In this document: one piece after another, positions 10,689 to 26,100 of the stretch
Layout of the letters: each line of letters opens with the position of its first letter
How positions within the stretch are numbered: position 1 is the first letter of the stretch
Source: Obrimoposthia wandeli
Taxonomy: Eukaryota
Direction of reading: 5' to 3'
NCBI GenBank assembly: GCA_977020255.1
Contig: CDROCS010001270.1
Location: 372,001-436,000, forward strand
DNA: 64,000 nucleotides
The notes under the pieces: model-generated
Database searches by the model: none
Told to the model about the DNA's origin: nothing
What the model saw: only the letters and a program-made list of their open reading frames with translations
Position numbers and translations under genes: made by a program

Positions 10689-13137
10689 TTATTGTTTTAC
10701 TATATGTGAGTATTTATCTTATATGTTTATTTATTAAAACCCGATACTAATTGTGCAACAACCAAATATTAAAGACTAATTTATTGTCAATTTATGGGGG
10801 GAGACGAAATTAGATTTTGCATCAAAATTTAGGCCAAATGGCGGTGTAAATTATGATTTCCCTCTGTATCTGTTAACAGATATCCCCAAATTCCCACAGT
10901 TTCCATTTCTTGATTACCAATATCGTACATCGGAAAATCGAATCGCTGACGCCTGACCACAAATGTGCATTGTCAGTTGCTCGGCTAAGTGGTCTTGGTG
11001 ATCGATTTCTTTCAGTCTTGATCTAATTACATAGAATTTCGCAGATGCATTAATTAGGGCTTTCCTTCTGCAGGATTCTCTAATTATGGTACCTGATCAA
11101 TCGTTCTGATTCTAGAACCACAGTTGAAAGTAAACATAGAGAGTCCGAAGATTTCAGCAATTTGTTTTCTGAACAGAAAAACGAATGGCTTTTCTTGATG
11201 ATTTAGGAACGTATGTTAATCAAAAATTAAACAAAGGAGTCAGAATTATATTCAAATTGAAGCAAAGTTCCATTGAATGCCGATCGATGCCAGAATTGAA
11301 TCCAAGTATTTACTCATTATCAAAAACAAAAATATTCTCTCGCGAAAGCCCAAATATTTATATGATCTTCTCTAGCATGTACATGCATCTTAGGACCAAC
11401 GATGAGGATTTCAGATTGGTTAAGACATTCCTAAATAACAAACAGAGTCAAAGAAAATTTGACATTAATACTGTGAATCTTTGTGAATCTTTGTGAATCT
11501 TTGTGAAAATTGTTTTATTAACGACAAGATACAAAATCAATTTTAAGCTGGATCTACCTTATGTCGTTTCACCTATCAAAAGTGAGTCTTCCTATTAGAA
11601 AAACAAGAACGCTTGCGTAGAATGGCCGAAATTCGGATGAACTTTAGTACATATGCACGAAATATGACGCGTTCAGGAGAATCTGGTCTTGAACGTTGAT
11701 TCCCGGAAAGTCCTGAAGGCCGGTTTAAATTTTCACAGAATAACTGAAAACCGACAGAAAAGCGTATTTGCAGGAATATATAAATTATTATATAAATTAT
11801 TCATCTTTTAAATCAACTAACAAAAATAGAAACTCTAAAAAATGAGAAAAAAACGAAAGTTTTGAATTATTTTGAGTATAATTCAAACTAGAAGAAATAT
11901 AGAAATATAGAAAACATTTTAAGTGTAGTGGTCGAATTATACTTCATCTAACTTCCCACACTGATGGGAAATAAATTATCCTTAGTAATTATGATGAACG
12001 TTTTACTAAAGCTTCGTTCAAGATTGTCAGAAAATGTTCCCAATATTGTCTGTTATTAAAAGCGATAATAAAAGGTTTTCATTAAATGTATGTTAAAAAC
12101 CTTTCTTTGATTCTCCAGGTATTCTTCAACACTTTTCATGTGTCGCAGAGCGCATTGGCTGAGGATAGTTCTTTCTCCCGAAAAATCCCCATTCCCTAAT
12201 TATAAATCAAGACCCAGAATCTTAAAAGAAGAAAAATACACCAAACCCACTGAATAATACCTTTACTCTGACCACTTTGAGAAAACCCACCTCGGAGACT
12301 ATTTGGAGTGAGGGAGCGAACATTTTCAGGAAATAATAATAATAAGTTGGTTGCAAAATAAATATTTGTTAGTAGGAGTTAAACAAATTAAACAAACATT
12401 GAACAAATCTTCATATGACGTTACAATAGAAATTAATTACAAAAAGATGTAACAAGACAATCTCTAGAAAGCTTTTTCAAATAATTAGCTTTCCGAATAA
12501 TTGAACAAGACAAGACTCTTGAAATCTTTTGATAAAATGAAGCACTAGTAAGCAATAAACCTGACGTAAATAAACACTCGGGGATTTTGGGGTTCATATT
12601 ATCAGGTCATAATTGCTCCCCTTTGTTTCTGAAACATTCCCATCGACATTGGAGAAGTGATATTATTATTTCGTTGCTAAAATTGTTACAAACTAATTGC
12701 ATCCAGAGTCATTCTCTACAACATATTCGCAGAAGTTTCAATAAATATCTTCCAATTAAAGCTCCTGTATATGACTAATTTTCCCGGAAAACCTTTCTTT
12801 GCTTACCAGACAAGTATTCAAAAGTGAATGCTCTTAAGTCGATGAAAATCGGTTCGAATAATGAGGACTTTGAGAAAAATCCTCTACTAAAGGCATTTTC
12901 CCCACAGTGACAAGAAATCTGAGAAAACATCCCATAGAGCAATAATGAGGGCATTAATTTCTAATGTAAAATATTGAAATGAGCTGGTTTAACATACACC
13001 TTTAATGACAACAGAGGGTAAATCGATAAAGGGGAAAAAGTAAAAGAGATAACTGTATTATGTTTTGACACACAAAGAAACTTCTGATAATAACACGATC
13101 AGAAATCTTTAAACAGATTCAACAGAAAGTTCTAAAA

Positions 13138-13442
13138 GATGACCTGAACTTGTATCCCTATAAATTGCGGGTCACACAATCGTTACTCAAACAGTTACTA
13201 GTTAACAAAATGAAAAATTTTATCAGAAATACAACTGTCAATATTGAGCACTGGAAATCAAGTGAAACATACCAGAGAAGCCCATAGGTCCAAAATTTAA
13301 TGAATGCATGGCAATATCGAGCTCAGGCACAGTAAGACATTTTTAAAGATGACATTTCATGAATGTTGCTGAGGGAGACGAGAACCTGGGATTGCAAGGT
13401 CCTCTGAATTGTGGCATTTGGACTTTATTTTGTGTGGAGATT
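13138..13442 (+). pseudogene. Tc1/mariner (rosa-like) transposase relic
   Basis: DLNLYPYKLRVTQSL and ARSSELWHLDFILCG (degenerate PRSPDLTPLDFFLWG). Confidence 0.45.
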
Positions 13443-13791
13443 GCATTTGTTCGTAAAATTACGAAATAAAATATTGAGGAATTAAAAAAATTAAAAAAGC
13501 AACGGCCGTATTTGAAATAAATTCATTCAAAAGACAAGTTCTTTAAGTTTTTTTCAATCTGTACCCGTCATATATGTATTATTTTAGAATGTAAAGGAAA
13601 TTATCTGAACTATTTATTTTAAACTAAGCGTATCCAAAAAAAAAATTATTCAAATTGCGTCCATCATAGTTTGGTTACTGGAAAGTTACTCGTTGGCACA
13701 AAAAATCGTAAAATATAAAATAAACGAACAATTTTTGATATCGATTTCAGAAGGTACAATTGTCAATTATAAGAGTAAGCTTTTGGATATA

Positions 13792-15080
13792 CAGGGTGTG
13801 GAGAAAGTCCCCGATCTCATAAAACGTTAAATTTAACAACTAATAAAGGTTGAAATTAAACAAAAAATAACACACACAATTTGTTAGAGCTCTATTTAAC
13901 ATTTATACTATCTATTTTTCAATGTGGCCGCCTTTGGCTTCAATTACACGCTCAAGTCTCCCACTGAAGCTCTTCACTGCGGCACGAAAGGATTCCTGGG
14001 GAATTTTGGCCCATTCCTGCTTAAAAGACTTCTTCAAAGCTTCTGTATTATCATGGGCTGTAGCGCAGGCCTCTCTCTCCAAGATGGACCAGACACAAAA
14101 GTCCAGAGGGTTCAAGTCAGGTGATGAAGGAGGCCACAATTCCTTCCTCCAGAAAGCTGGAAAGTGATTCTCACACCAGTCCTGAGTTTTGTGAAAGGGC
14201 GCACCGTCCTGTTGGAATGTGAAAGGGTCATTTTTGAAATGTTTCTTCATTTCAACATGGGCTGGAGTTAAAATATCCTGGATGTACGAGTTTGCGTTAA
14301 CTTTGGCACCCTCTTTAACAAAAATGAGAGAGGATCTCCAATTCTCAGAGATGGCAGCCCATACCATTACCGAGCTAGGTTTTTGGCGACGGTAAACGGA
14401 TTTTACCGAACTGGGAATGCAATCAGCACTCTTAGCTAAAATTCTGTCGTTCTGCGAGTTGAACTGGGCCTCAACAGTGAACATTTTTCATCAGAAAAGA
14501 CAATTACCCCAGCATCCGTGCCATCCTTCTTTCGGTTCAGGAGAATCTTGACTCTTTCGACCCTCTTCTGTTTTTGCAATTCCGTCAGTTGTTGTCTGTT
14601 GGTCATTTTGAAAGGGGATAACTTGAGATCATCTTTGACAATTGTTCTGACAGTTTTTTCGTCAACTTTGAAGTCCTTGGCCATTTTCCTCATTCTTCGT
14701 TTGGGGTTCCTCCTTATTCGCTCCCTAACGGCCTTTATTTTGGCTGGGGTGCGAGCAGTTCGGGGACGTCCACTTCTGGGACGATCGTCTGATGTCCCAA
14801 GTTCTTTGTATCGGTTTACTGCATCCCGAACTGTTGATTTTGGAGCTTTTAAGATCTTAACAATCTCTGGGTTCGTCTTTCCCGCGCAATGAAGTTGGAT
14901 AATGGCCTCACGTTTACTCATTTTAAACAAATGCAAATTAAATTTTAGGAAATTTGGATCTGAAACATATAAATATATGTATCTACAAACAAAATAAGCC
15001 AAAAATGGATAAATTTAGTTAAATAATAATATCTTGAATTCAATTTTCAAAATTCGATCGGGAACTTTCTCCGCACCCTG
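13792..15080 (-). mobile_element. maT/mori-like Tc1-mariner transposon, full length (1289 bp)
   Basis: 25-bp TIRs CAGGGTGYGGAGAAAGTYCCCGATC, TA flanks on both sides, internal transposase. Confidence 0.95.
13912..14921 (-). pseudogene. maT-like DDD transposase with one frameshift
   Basis: MSKREAIIQLH...GRPRTAR...IVFSDEK, then a 1-nt deletion in an A run at ~14484-14488, then FTVE...FQQDGAPFH...WPPSSPDLNPLDF. Confidence 0.92.
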
Positions 15081-15900
15081 TAGTTAATATTATAATTTTT
15101 GTAAAAAATTTAAATTTTAGTTTGAAGATAATTATTCTGATTCCTTTGGCAGCATTAATAAATAACAAAATAAACACACAAAACTTTAGTTAATGATTAT
15201 TAGAAAACCAACACTTAAATAGGAAATATGCGACGTATTTATGTAAATCCGACAAGATAAGAAAAACCTCTCGAACTAAATTCAACAATCAAATAAAAAG
15301 GAAGGATTTACTGACTTATTCCAGTCATTTCAAGATATCATAAAATTACATTAAACACCGTATAAATAATGCAAATGAGTGTAAAAGTGGGAAAATTTTT
15401 CAAAATTGTGTACATCTTCTTTATTTTTAATGGCCTCATAGTCAGAAAGTTTGCAAAATTTTAATATAATTTATCAGTTTTACAATTACAATTGAAACAT
15501 TTGATTATAAAAAAAGTTTGTTATTATCAAATTTAAACAAAACTGTATAAATATTTTTAAAGAAAATAGAAACACAAAAATATAGTCAACAATTTTGTTC
15601 GATGACATTTTGTGGTTTATAAAATATTATCTTTGGGAACTTAAAAATGCTTTGGATGTAAATGTAGAATGGCACTGAACTAGACATGATATTTTTACAA
15701 AGCTCAGACATGAAAGAGATGGATATGAAGATAACCAGACAGAACTTATTTTCTGTGAGGTACCGTACAACTTCGATAACTTAGCAGATTTCAGACGTCG
15801 AATACCATTAACGATTTTCTCTAAATTTGTTTTTCTCTTTAATTTTAGACCAAAAGATACTCATGCTTATTTAAAATACTATTCAACTAAATGTTATTAA

Positions 15901-16597
15901 TAGGATCCGGATTTTCGGTCACAACCCGAAAATAGGAATTATTAAGACAATTAACCAAAAGTTCGGGAAAGACTGAAAAATGACAATTTTTAAAAAACTG
16001 AATCGAAATATACAGTAATTTTGTTTAAAGTAATTAATTTTGCTATATAATCTGAAATCCTAAATTGAATAACTTTTTAAATAATAGATGTTAATATTCA
16101 GAAATCTTTAAAATCAAAATTGTTAAATGCTATTAAAAATTATGACTGTTTGAAATATGATTTTGGTAAGATTTACAGTTAGTATTTGGTTTCACTTTAA
16201 AAAATCTGTGAAAGTCAAATATCCTGTTCTATAAGCGAGCACATAAAAAGTAGAACTCACAGATTACTTCAGAAAGGTAGTAGGGATTCATTGAAAGAAT
16301 CGCACTCTAACAAAACCGAAACACAAGAATTTTATATGGATGTAGCTAAATTTTATACAACAGTTTATATACCTATTGAAAAAGTAAATTAGATAATGTT
16401 TTAACTAATTTTCTATAGGTAAGTAGAACTGGTTTCAGATATTTTGTCCATATATATATATTTACCAATACCAGACCCTTTTAAATTGCGGGAAAATTAT
16501 GTTGATGAAATTTATAAAGAAACAGTAAATAGTATTCAAAAGAAAGGGAGAATAAATATTTATCTTAACATTTTTGACCTAAAAAATCCGGATCCTA
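15901..16597. mobile_element. Non-autonomous hAT element (697 bp)
   Basis: TIR TAGGATCCGGATTTT / AAAATCCGGATCCTA; 8-bp TSD GTTATTAA at 15893-15900 and 16598-16605. Confidence 0.88.
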
Positions 16598-17383
16598 GTT
16601 ATTAATAATTTTAATTAATAAAGATTTTCAGGACATTGACATTTCATAATCTGTATCCGTAATATCATTTTCCCTAATAGCCTCTTCACTAATTATTTTA
16701 TTTTAGTCGTAATCAGGATGCAAAATTATCGCTACAAAAAAAATTCTTTAAATGGTTAGATAATTTTTTTGTGTGAAAATAGAATTACTTTGAGCTCAAA
16801 CATAAAAGCCTTCAGAAGAGTAATACCGTACAATTAAACTGAAATATTTATACCCATTATTATGCTAATTCGAATAAAAACACTTTTTAATCTGTATCAA
16901 ATTTACTTTTCTCGCAAAATGCAAACAAATTGGTTATACAATACAATAGCGCTGTTAAATACAAACATTTTAATTAGTAAACATTTCCTTTTTGATTGTC
17001 TGTTGTAATTTGGTTGGGAAACATCACATCTTAAACTCTAGCAGTAATTATCCATCATATTGCAATTCATCGTCTTTGGTAACGTCTTTCCTTTTCAGTA
17101 ATTTCTTGATGGAAACGGTCACTATGTTCTTGTTGTGTACCAACAGTTCCAAATACGCGTAGATAATAATCAAAACAAGCCAATATTATGTTCCGACCCT
17201 TTAATCATAAATCAATTTCAATTGATTATTTTTATGTTCTAATAATAATATTAAACATCATTATCATCATTACCATACTCATTATATCACAGTTCTTCAA
17301 ATTTACGTAACTTTAAATATGGATTATGAAAACTTTTTTTTGTTTTTTTACTGATTATAAAAATTAATCAAATATCAACTTAA

Positions 17384-17618
17384 CCCTTTATCTCCAAGAT
17401 TAAATTTTTTTCGTATCTTTATAATTTTTACTGTGAATTGTTATGATACAGTACTGATAATAAAAACATAATATGCGATTTTATCTTATAAAATGAACGA
17501 TTCAGGCGTTATCTACCTAAATAAAAAGGCATATGACCTAAAAATAAATGTTTATTTAAAAAAAAATTAAAAAAGATTATTTTGGCGTTGCCATACGGCA
17601 ACGCTAGGAGATAATGGG
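17384..17618. mobile_element. piggyBac MITE (235 bp)
   Basis: TTAA flanks; TIR CCCTTTATCTCC / GGAGATAATGGG; subterminal palindrome GCGTTGCC-ATAC-GGCAACGC. Confidence 0.85.
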
Positions 17619-19369
17619 TTAACCCAGTTACATTGAAAGAGCTAAACATGTTTGTTACATTTGTGGCAAATTGGCGACTAGAAGTCAACAGATTTCAATA
17701 ACATCCAAACTGTCAGAAGCAGATTTAAAGTATTTCGATGGGCAATTGGAGACCACCATAAAGTTGTGACTCCTCAGGTTTCTTGTCGTGTCTCACAAAT
17801 GTATTGAGTTGGTCAAGGGAAAAGAAATATAATTATCCCTCCTCTACACATAAAGTTGAACTTGATGAAGCAATTTGTAAAGATTATCTGGAATGCATTT
17901 TTCATTCTCATTTCGGTTTGCTTCCAGAAATTTTACGCGATTTAAGTGAACAGTTTCATCGGAAAATCGTATTTACAAAGAAGAGATATTCAGGAAGATC
18001 CAATTAGACAATGTTAGGCGAATTTTGTTGGTTTTTATACAAAGTATGTTTGGAAATCCCTTTCCAAAGAGAAATTTACAAACCAGAAAATTATTGTCCT
18101 TTAAATTTGTATATTTCTCTACTTAATGTATATTTTAGTAACTCCATACATATTTGAAATCAGTTTTAAATTCCGCTCTAGAAATTTATTGACCTATTTA
18201 ATCAATACAACTTCTGTTGAGCAGAAAAATTCAATTCAATTTCGGTTATGTAAGGCAATACCCAAGGCAGGACTGTTGACCCTCCCCCGTATTTTAAGGT
18301 TATTATACTCGAAACATTGCAAAGCTGAGGGCTACAACAGACAAACTCGACATTGTCGAATAAACAGTTGACAGTCAGTAATTATTCTAACAACCAAATT
18401 TAACTAAACTATAAACCATGGAATTAATACGGAACCGAATTAGAATATTAATTGTAACTTTACAACAAATATACATAGCAGAATGACACAATGTTCTAAA
18501 TTTAATTAACGTCAATAATTAGAATGTACCGACTTTACAAATGTTAGACAGACTTTACGAGGAACATAAAACTCATAAAAGGCTTTTATCGTTGGAAAAC
18601 TGCACTACAAATCAGGAAGAATAAAACTGATCGTTATGTCATTATCAGTTTGTAGCAATTTAAATTTTGTGAAAAAATTTATTTTTTTATTCCACCTAAA
18701 AATAATAACTTTTTGTTGTTAATTAATTAAATTGGTATTTCTTATCCAATTACTTTTATATTTTGACATCTACATAAGTATCAATTATTTTTAAATGAAA
18801 TATATTTTTGATCTAAATACTTTTTGATTAATAATAAATAAAACTAGTCTATGTTTCAATGACCACTAACAACATTTTCTAATATAGTCGGACATTTTGA
18901 AAAAGCATACTTAAACCTTAACCTACTACATAGTACTACATGGAAAATTATATTTAATTACATTTTTACTATCTAATTTCAAATCTTCTCATTTGTACAA
19001 TCAATGTCAAATTTTATTAAATATCGAATCAATAATTGTGAAGGTAATATCGAAAAAGTTTGCTATATATTTTACTACTTAAATCTGATATTTGCTATTT
19101 ACAGTATAACTTATAGAAATAACATATAGTAATTGATGTTCTTCAGAAGACATCAGATTCAAATAAAGTAATCTACAATTTCACAGTAATTAGGTTTGGC
19201 ACGATCTACAAATAGTGAGAGCCATAAATCTTTCAGGAAAAAGCTCGAACTCACAAATCACAGCATCTACTAATAAAAAGAACATACGAAAAGTTAGAGT
19301 TAGTAGTTTGAAAATGTAGGCAGTTATCTCAGAAAATGAAAAACTTTTGAAAGAATACCTAATACTAGA

Positions 19370-19540
19370 ACTTCTAAGACGATTCAGACCCCAATAATAT
19401 ATCAACTCGTGTATGTGGTAAGGTGTGGAAAATCGTTGAAGATAATCAAAAAACGTCTTGCATTGTCCATGCCACAGTCCTGATCTCAACATGATTGAGA
19501 AATTATGGAAGATCGCGAAAGATCAAATGTGCGATGACCC
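19370..19540 (+). pseudogene. Tc1 (DD34E) transposase relic
   Basis: CPCHSPDLNMIEKLWK matches WPSQSPDLNPIENLW. Confidence 0.6.
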
Positions 19541-22500
19541 CATACAAGAAACAAAAGACGAAGGATGTAAGTGTAAGATTCAAGAAGTTGAAAAAGTAGA
19601 ACTAAAAATATAAAAATAGTGATGCTTTTGTGGAATATGTTTTAGTTAGTTGTATAAAACAAATCGATTGTAAGAATGAACAAAAACAAAGTGTAGCTCA
19701 TTTTGATTTTTACATAATATACAAATTAAATTACAACCACAAATTTTAAACTTTACGACAAATAAACATACTTTACCATAAATTCGAAATAAATAAATTA
19801 TTCTCGACATAAGTAAACACGAAGCCATTTCTATTCGAATTATTTTGATAATTTGACACAAGTACTATGCAAAAGACTGTAATACAAAATATTTAATTTT
19901 ATCCTATACTTTAAGAAGTTTTCTCATCAGAAAATGTTAATTAAATACCGAATTAATTTTAGGTGACATAATTATATACATCTATGAAAAGATCCCATTT
20001 AATAGCGACGAATGAACATCCACTTGGTTGAATTTTGGAAATGCCGATGGAATTCAAAATCTCCAAAGCAGCTAAAGCTGGAAAATACAATTTATGTACC
20101 AAAAAAGTTATATGAAAGTAAATGGGAATATTTTAAATTGAGATATAGGAGGAATTTTAAAATCCCGGAATTTCATTTTACATTTCTAAAAACAAGAGAT
20201 TGCAAAATAACAGTTGGCAGAAACAATCTGTACATCATGACTACCATTACAATATTCCCAATAAAGCCAGCTAAGAACTGTATTAATAGTTACAGTAAAC
20301 TAACAGTAAAAAGTAAGCCAACGTCGTCTGACTATTGAACGTTATCTAAAACCTTTTCCACCATGACCTTGACTAAATCCGAATCTGCTCCCTAAATCCA
20401 TCGATCGGCTTTGAAAGATACTGAACCACATTCTTGAAATGTCCAATGTGACTCAAAGTTAAACCCAGCCAAAAGAAGCAGCCGCTTTCTAGACATTTCC
20501 ATTTCAAAGGTTTAGAGTTAATAAACAAACTTTCTCCGTAAATTTGTATCGTTATTCGACAGCTTTGTGAAATCAAAATTGTATCGGAAATATTTTTTCT
20601 GCTGTTATTTTGAAAAGCAATGTTTGATTTATTATTATTATGACTAAGCCGTCATACTTTGTTCAGGATTATGAGAAAGCAGTTTCATTTATGTTTACTG
20701 CCTAACAGTTTTACTTAAAAATTTAATCAAGTAGCTACATGCTCATTCTAACGTTTAGCAAATGTACGTTTAAAAACTAAGGAGAATAGTAGGAATAGTT
20801 GGGCTTCCCGATTATCACAAACAAAGGATTCTAATGCATCATCACGTCAATACTGATTATTAAATGTCGATGTCTAGAGGACCTAAATTAAAAAGTCAGG
20901 TTCAGTTAAATGGCTTAGTAATTGATTTGAATCTGTAAAGGGCAAGCTTTTTCATTTACATGTCAAATCGTTATTTTGTGTAAGGAATGCGCTTGCTGAC
21001 CATGTTGACAATTCAAATCGGGACAAAATGGATTATTATTTTAGTTTACTGTAATTTCTTGCTTTTTAACATACACTTCGAAGTTTATAAATCAAATTAA
21101 TTTTCATAATTATTAGACCTAAACAAAACGTAGGCGAAAGATTTTTATATAATATAGTAAAACATTTGAACTGCACGTTACTAAAGTAAAGTTTTAAAAC
21201 GTTTGATGTAAAACTGGAGATAATTCATAATCTTCTAAATCTAACTCAAGTTTTAGCAAATTCCCAAGGCACGTGTTATCATGATCAAATGGTCATTTCC
21301 AAACAAAGGAGTGAATGAATAAAACAGTAAAATTTCAAGATCGAGGTAGATTCATCAATAAATGTTGCTAATTTTCTCGGCTTTCGGGGAAATGTGCGTG
21401 AATAGCGAGCGCATCAGCAGCAAATCTGTTAGCGACGGGAAGTGCATTCCCAGAAGTCAATTACGCACCTAGTGCTCCCTGTCCCATCTACATTCTTGTT
21501 TCTCCTCACACCCTCTTCTGATGCTAACAGTTTCGGAGTCACTAAAAGTGTCTTTCATGCTCAAGAATGTTTTCCGAGTTTCTTATACAAGTTTAGCTGG
21601 TTCATTGAGCTGGCGCGGAAATTAACTCTGAGTATGTTGTTTTCGTTCCAAGTTCCAAAGCTTAGCCTGAAACAGAAAAAGGCTTTGGCACACTACAGTG
21701 ATAGAGAAGGGTATTTCAATAAGAATTTGTCACTTTCCTTTTTTAGGGTTCCATCGATTTTTATCAATTAAATCACATTGAGAAACTTTTAAACGAGGCA
21801 GTCAAAATAATAGTCAAATTAAAGAAAAGGGAATTCAAGGTCCAGCTTATTATCAAAAAAATAATTCTTTCACAAAAGCTAAAATATTTACTTGATCTTC
21901 TCGAGCCTGGAGCAGTGAACATGTATATGTACGATGATGACTGCAGATTGGATAAGAAATTCTTAAATAACAAACAAAGTGAGAGTATCTTTAAAATTTA
22001 TGCTCAGAATATTTACAACAATCTACCGATGACTAAAAGAAATTGTACAATAGGAAAAATCCAAGAAGCAGGTGAAGACTTTGCTATTCAGAAAATATCA
22101 CAAAGAATAATGGAATACCAAAAATGCTTCTGAGTAATAAATCAGAGATTCATTCAGATATTGGAGCTAAATTAAATAGTTTTGTTTTTATTGTTGTTAT
22201 AACGACGTCATTGGTTTAAGGTTTTAGGACCACTTAGAAGGTTAAATTTAACTTCAGAAAACACAACTCAATTTCATTTCAATTGTGTCACAATTTTTTT
22301 TAATGTAATTTAACCTTTTTTTGTTTGTAATGTTTTTTATGAAATTGGTGTTAAAAATTATTAGGATCCCCTAAAACAAACGAGAATAAATTATATAATC
22401 TTATTATATGACACAGATAAGTAAGTTTTTACATGATTAACCTATAACCGTATATTAGTTTATTACACGGAGAATTGCAAGGTTTCTTAAGAACATCAAA

Positions 22501-25500
22501 TTAAAATTTACTGATAACTGATTGAATATTTAATTAAACATTATCATAGCTCTGGCTGCTGGGCGTCCATCAAACTTTATCACTTACATTCTCATTTGAA
22601 GTTTTTGAGCCAAATTTGAGTGACAAAATGTTCCCAAAACATACGAAAGATGAAAAATAAATGAGCAAGAAAGTGGAATGGGAGATAATATGTGATTCAT
22701 TCGTCTGGCGATACCACTTATAAACGAAACTTATTTACTTTATTATGGTATTTTTCGATATACTTTTGCTGTGTCGTAATAATTAGATGACATGGGAACA
22801 TTCAATATTTCTTGCATCATACACCTAATTTCATGTCACTTTTTGAGACAGGACAGAAAAATTATCGGGTAACATTTTCGAATTATATTGGTAACATGTC
22901 GAATATAAATTTTGCTATAACAATTTTTACAGAGTATTATTTCTGAATATCGAGTATTTTATATTTTATTTAGGACTTCGTCGAATTGTATGGATGCAAA
23001 TTCTAATTTATTTTACACCGTTAAGAAAGTATTTTTGGAAAATTAATTTCAATTTTGAAACACTCTTGAGTGAAGCACTGTCAAAAGCTTTCCTGAGTTT
23101 GAGTCATTAAACTACAAAACATTTGTAAGATCCCTTTGTTGCTTTGGGGGAAATTGACAGCATACAAAACCTCTTCGACAGCTGAATAGTTGTGATCTTT
23201 ATATAACTTTTCTACTCGAAATAATTCCAACTACCGGTTTGTAAATTGATCAGATAGCTAAAACTAAACTTATTTTCAGTATAGATTATAACAAATAATG
23301 GATCAAAATTAAGTTATCAAATTAAATTCATTTTAAATATAAACATAAATCATAAAATTATATTAGTGTAAAAACTAAAGTTATCAGAATATGTACAAGA
23401 TCCGTTAAATAATTGCGGGAATCTTCTCTGAATATTAATTAATAGTTTATCTATAATAATGATTTATATCTTGTTAAATTCGTCAGAAGAAATTGTCTTT
23501 AAATTTATGAGGTTATCAGAAAGCGTGTTCCTTGTATTTTCCTTAGAAGTTAACCTAACAATTTCTATGATGAGCCTTTTCGATTTTCTAAGTATACAAT
23601 TGTACATACTGATAAATATCACATTCTTTCAATAATCCACCTTTCCTGAACAATAAAGAGACTTTTATTTTGTGGTTTGTGAGATTATGTGTGACTACAA
23701 AAACTGTAATGTTTTAGTAGGTCGTGGAGCTCATATTGCCATAGATGAAGACGAGCAGATGTCAAATCAAATCCGTATAGTACATGTTGAGAACTCGCAA
23801 GTATGCTTCAGATACGCAACTCAACCATTCCTAGTCATGATTATGAAAAAGTTAGAAAAATAAGTACCTCATGAATTAACAGAAATTTAGAAAAATAACA
23901 TATTTACGATTTGTTCGTTTCTTTTATTTAGACAAAATGAATTTTGTTTTTTGGAACCTTTGACAACTTGCGAAGAAAAGTGAGTAAAGAACAAAAATAC
24001 GATGCGTTCAAATTAATGACATGATAACTGTTTAGTGGTCCATGGCTGATACAACTTTTTAAATGTATGGGAAAAAATTAATTCAGATTCATATAGCAAC
24101 AAAATTCCAATATGTCATCAAAGATTATTATTAAAACAACCCATTTTAGATATATCGGAAAGAACCGGTTTTGCTCCACGTTAATGTCACACCTCACGTT
24201 TCAATTTGAATGTAGAAGAAGTCAAGGAACTTGAAATGTGAAGTTCTTTGACATCATCCATTCTCACATATCCTGACTCTCAACGATCTTCATATTTTCA
24301 TTCCTTAATCGTCATTTCTCGGTGAAAAGAAAGTTGAAAATACAGAAAATATGAAGTATATCTGCAACGTCTTGGAATTTAGAAATCTAATATTACAAAA
24401 ATTGATTTGAACGTCAAAAAATTCAGAGGCTTTAGTATTATTAACTTTACTTTATTTAAAGAAAAAATTAGTGTAACCCATGTATTAATAAAACGTACAG
24501 ACATAATTGTAGGAAATTTTGTTTGTTGAAATTTTGACTCTTTGAATTTTTAAACATTAAAAGAATTCTCAGTTTTTACCGGTATTTAGCAATTATGAAT
24601 GACAAAAATTAGCTTTATTTTAATATTCAGATGTGCCCAGTTCGCAATATTCCCTTTTTGAGTGAATAATTATTATGATCAAATAAAACATTCAAGTAAA
24701 TAATTATAAATAAATTCAATATAAGTGCTAAATATTTTATAATAATGTATGTTCCTGCTTTTTAAAATTCCATATTTCCCTCAGACAAAACAAAGTTATT
24801 AGATAAACATGAAGATAATTACTTTTTGAATTGATTACAAAATTGCTATTTCATTTAAATTTTTATACGAATTAATTCTGTCCGATATAGCTTATTGAAT
24901 TTGTTTCAGAAGTTTTCTCAAACCTTTTCAGTGTTGTGCATTAGTCAGAATTAACGATTCGTAGTGCAGTCAATTTTAATGCCACTTTTGGCGTCTCAAA
25001 ACACACTTAAAGTGAGAAATATTCCATGGATTTGGACATAATTACCCATTTATTGTTTGGGGAAAAATTTTTATGGACAAAAATACATTCACAAACTGTA
25101 TTTACACCTTCATCAAAAATGAAAGGAGACATTCTCATTGTTGTCTCGCTAGTAGACCACGACTTCACACAACTCTGAGCGGGAAAATTCTCCCAACTAT
25201 ATGTCAGTATTTTGTCGTTCTGTCCTCCTTCATTCGGGAGGGAGGAATGGAAACAGGGCTCACAGAATTGACAGCAACAAACACGTATTGACAAGTTTTA
25301 ATTGTCTATTTTACTGTAGACAGACCTAATTATTTCAATTAGGCTCCTGCTCACACCGTTGTAGAAGAATTCCTGATGCTGTCAGCAGCAGAATATTTTC
25401 TGACTACGGTTTTGACAGTAGCTATTCGTGTTGTCTAGCATGCAAGGCCATGTTCACTTCTGTACAAACAATTCCGAGCGAATGAGTCTGTGCTTTAAAA

Positions 25501-26032
25501 AGGCGTTATTTTTCTGTTTACTGTAAACTGCATTTTCTATAAATAGAAATCGAGTGAAAATCTACCTCAATAGTTCTAGCCACGAAGCCCGTTTTTGAGA
25601 CTCAATTTTCCAATCCAGAGCACTTAAAACACTGCCCCATTGAGAAATAATCAAATTTGTCAATATAGGCGTTACTAAGATCTTATAATAAATTTAAACC
25701 ACCACTTGTTGAAATGAGCCAAACCATATTTGCTACCTCAAACTCCAACCCTCGAATAATGGTCTGGAGACGATAATTTCGATAATTTCAGCCTAAGAGT
25801 ATTCGTTGAGGATAATTTAAATTTGGAAATTGACATGCCCATATAAAACGAGGCTATTTTACTTTTCTATAATCCGGATGTTCATTATTTTCATCAGCTA
25901 TCTGATTTTATTGATATGAGCTTTACTAAATTCCCTTCTTGATTTTGATAATATGATTTATACTGTGTGGAAGATAACGGTTCGGCTGGCAGTTGTAGAT
26001 ACCTTTAAACAATGGTCTGACAAGGTCTAGAC

Positions 26033-26100
26033 CAGGGTTTCTCAACCTTTTTTCACCACGGCCCCCTTTAGTTTCCAGCAAATTGCTGTGGCCCCCCTCT
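26033..26100. mobile_element. Single hAT/Charlie-like terminus
   Basis: GTCTAGAC followed by CAGGGTTTCTCAACC...GGCCCC; partner end not found. Confidence 0.4.

Noticed and set aside
14518-14892. Antisense ORFs over the transposase, integrase, KCTD exon and capsid genes
   Set aside because: Shadows of real coding frames, with no independent support.
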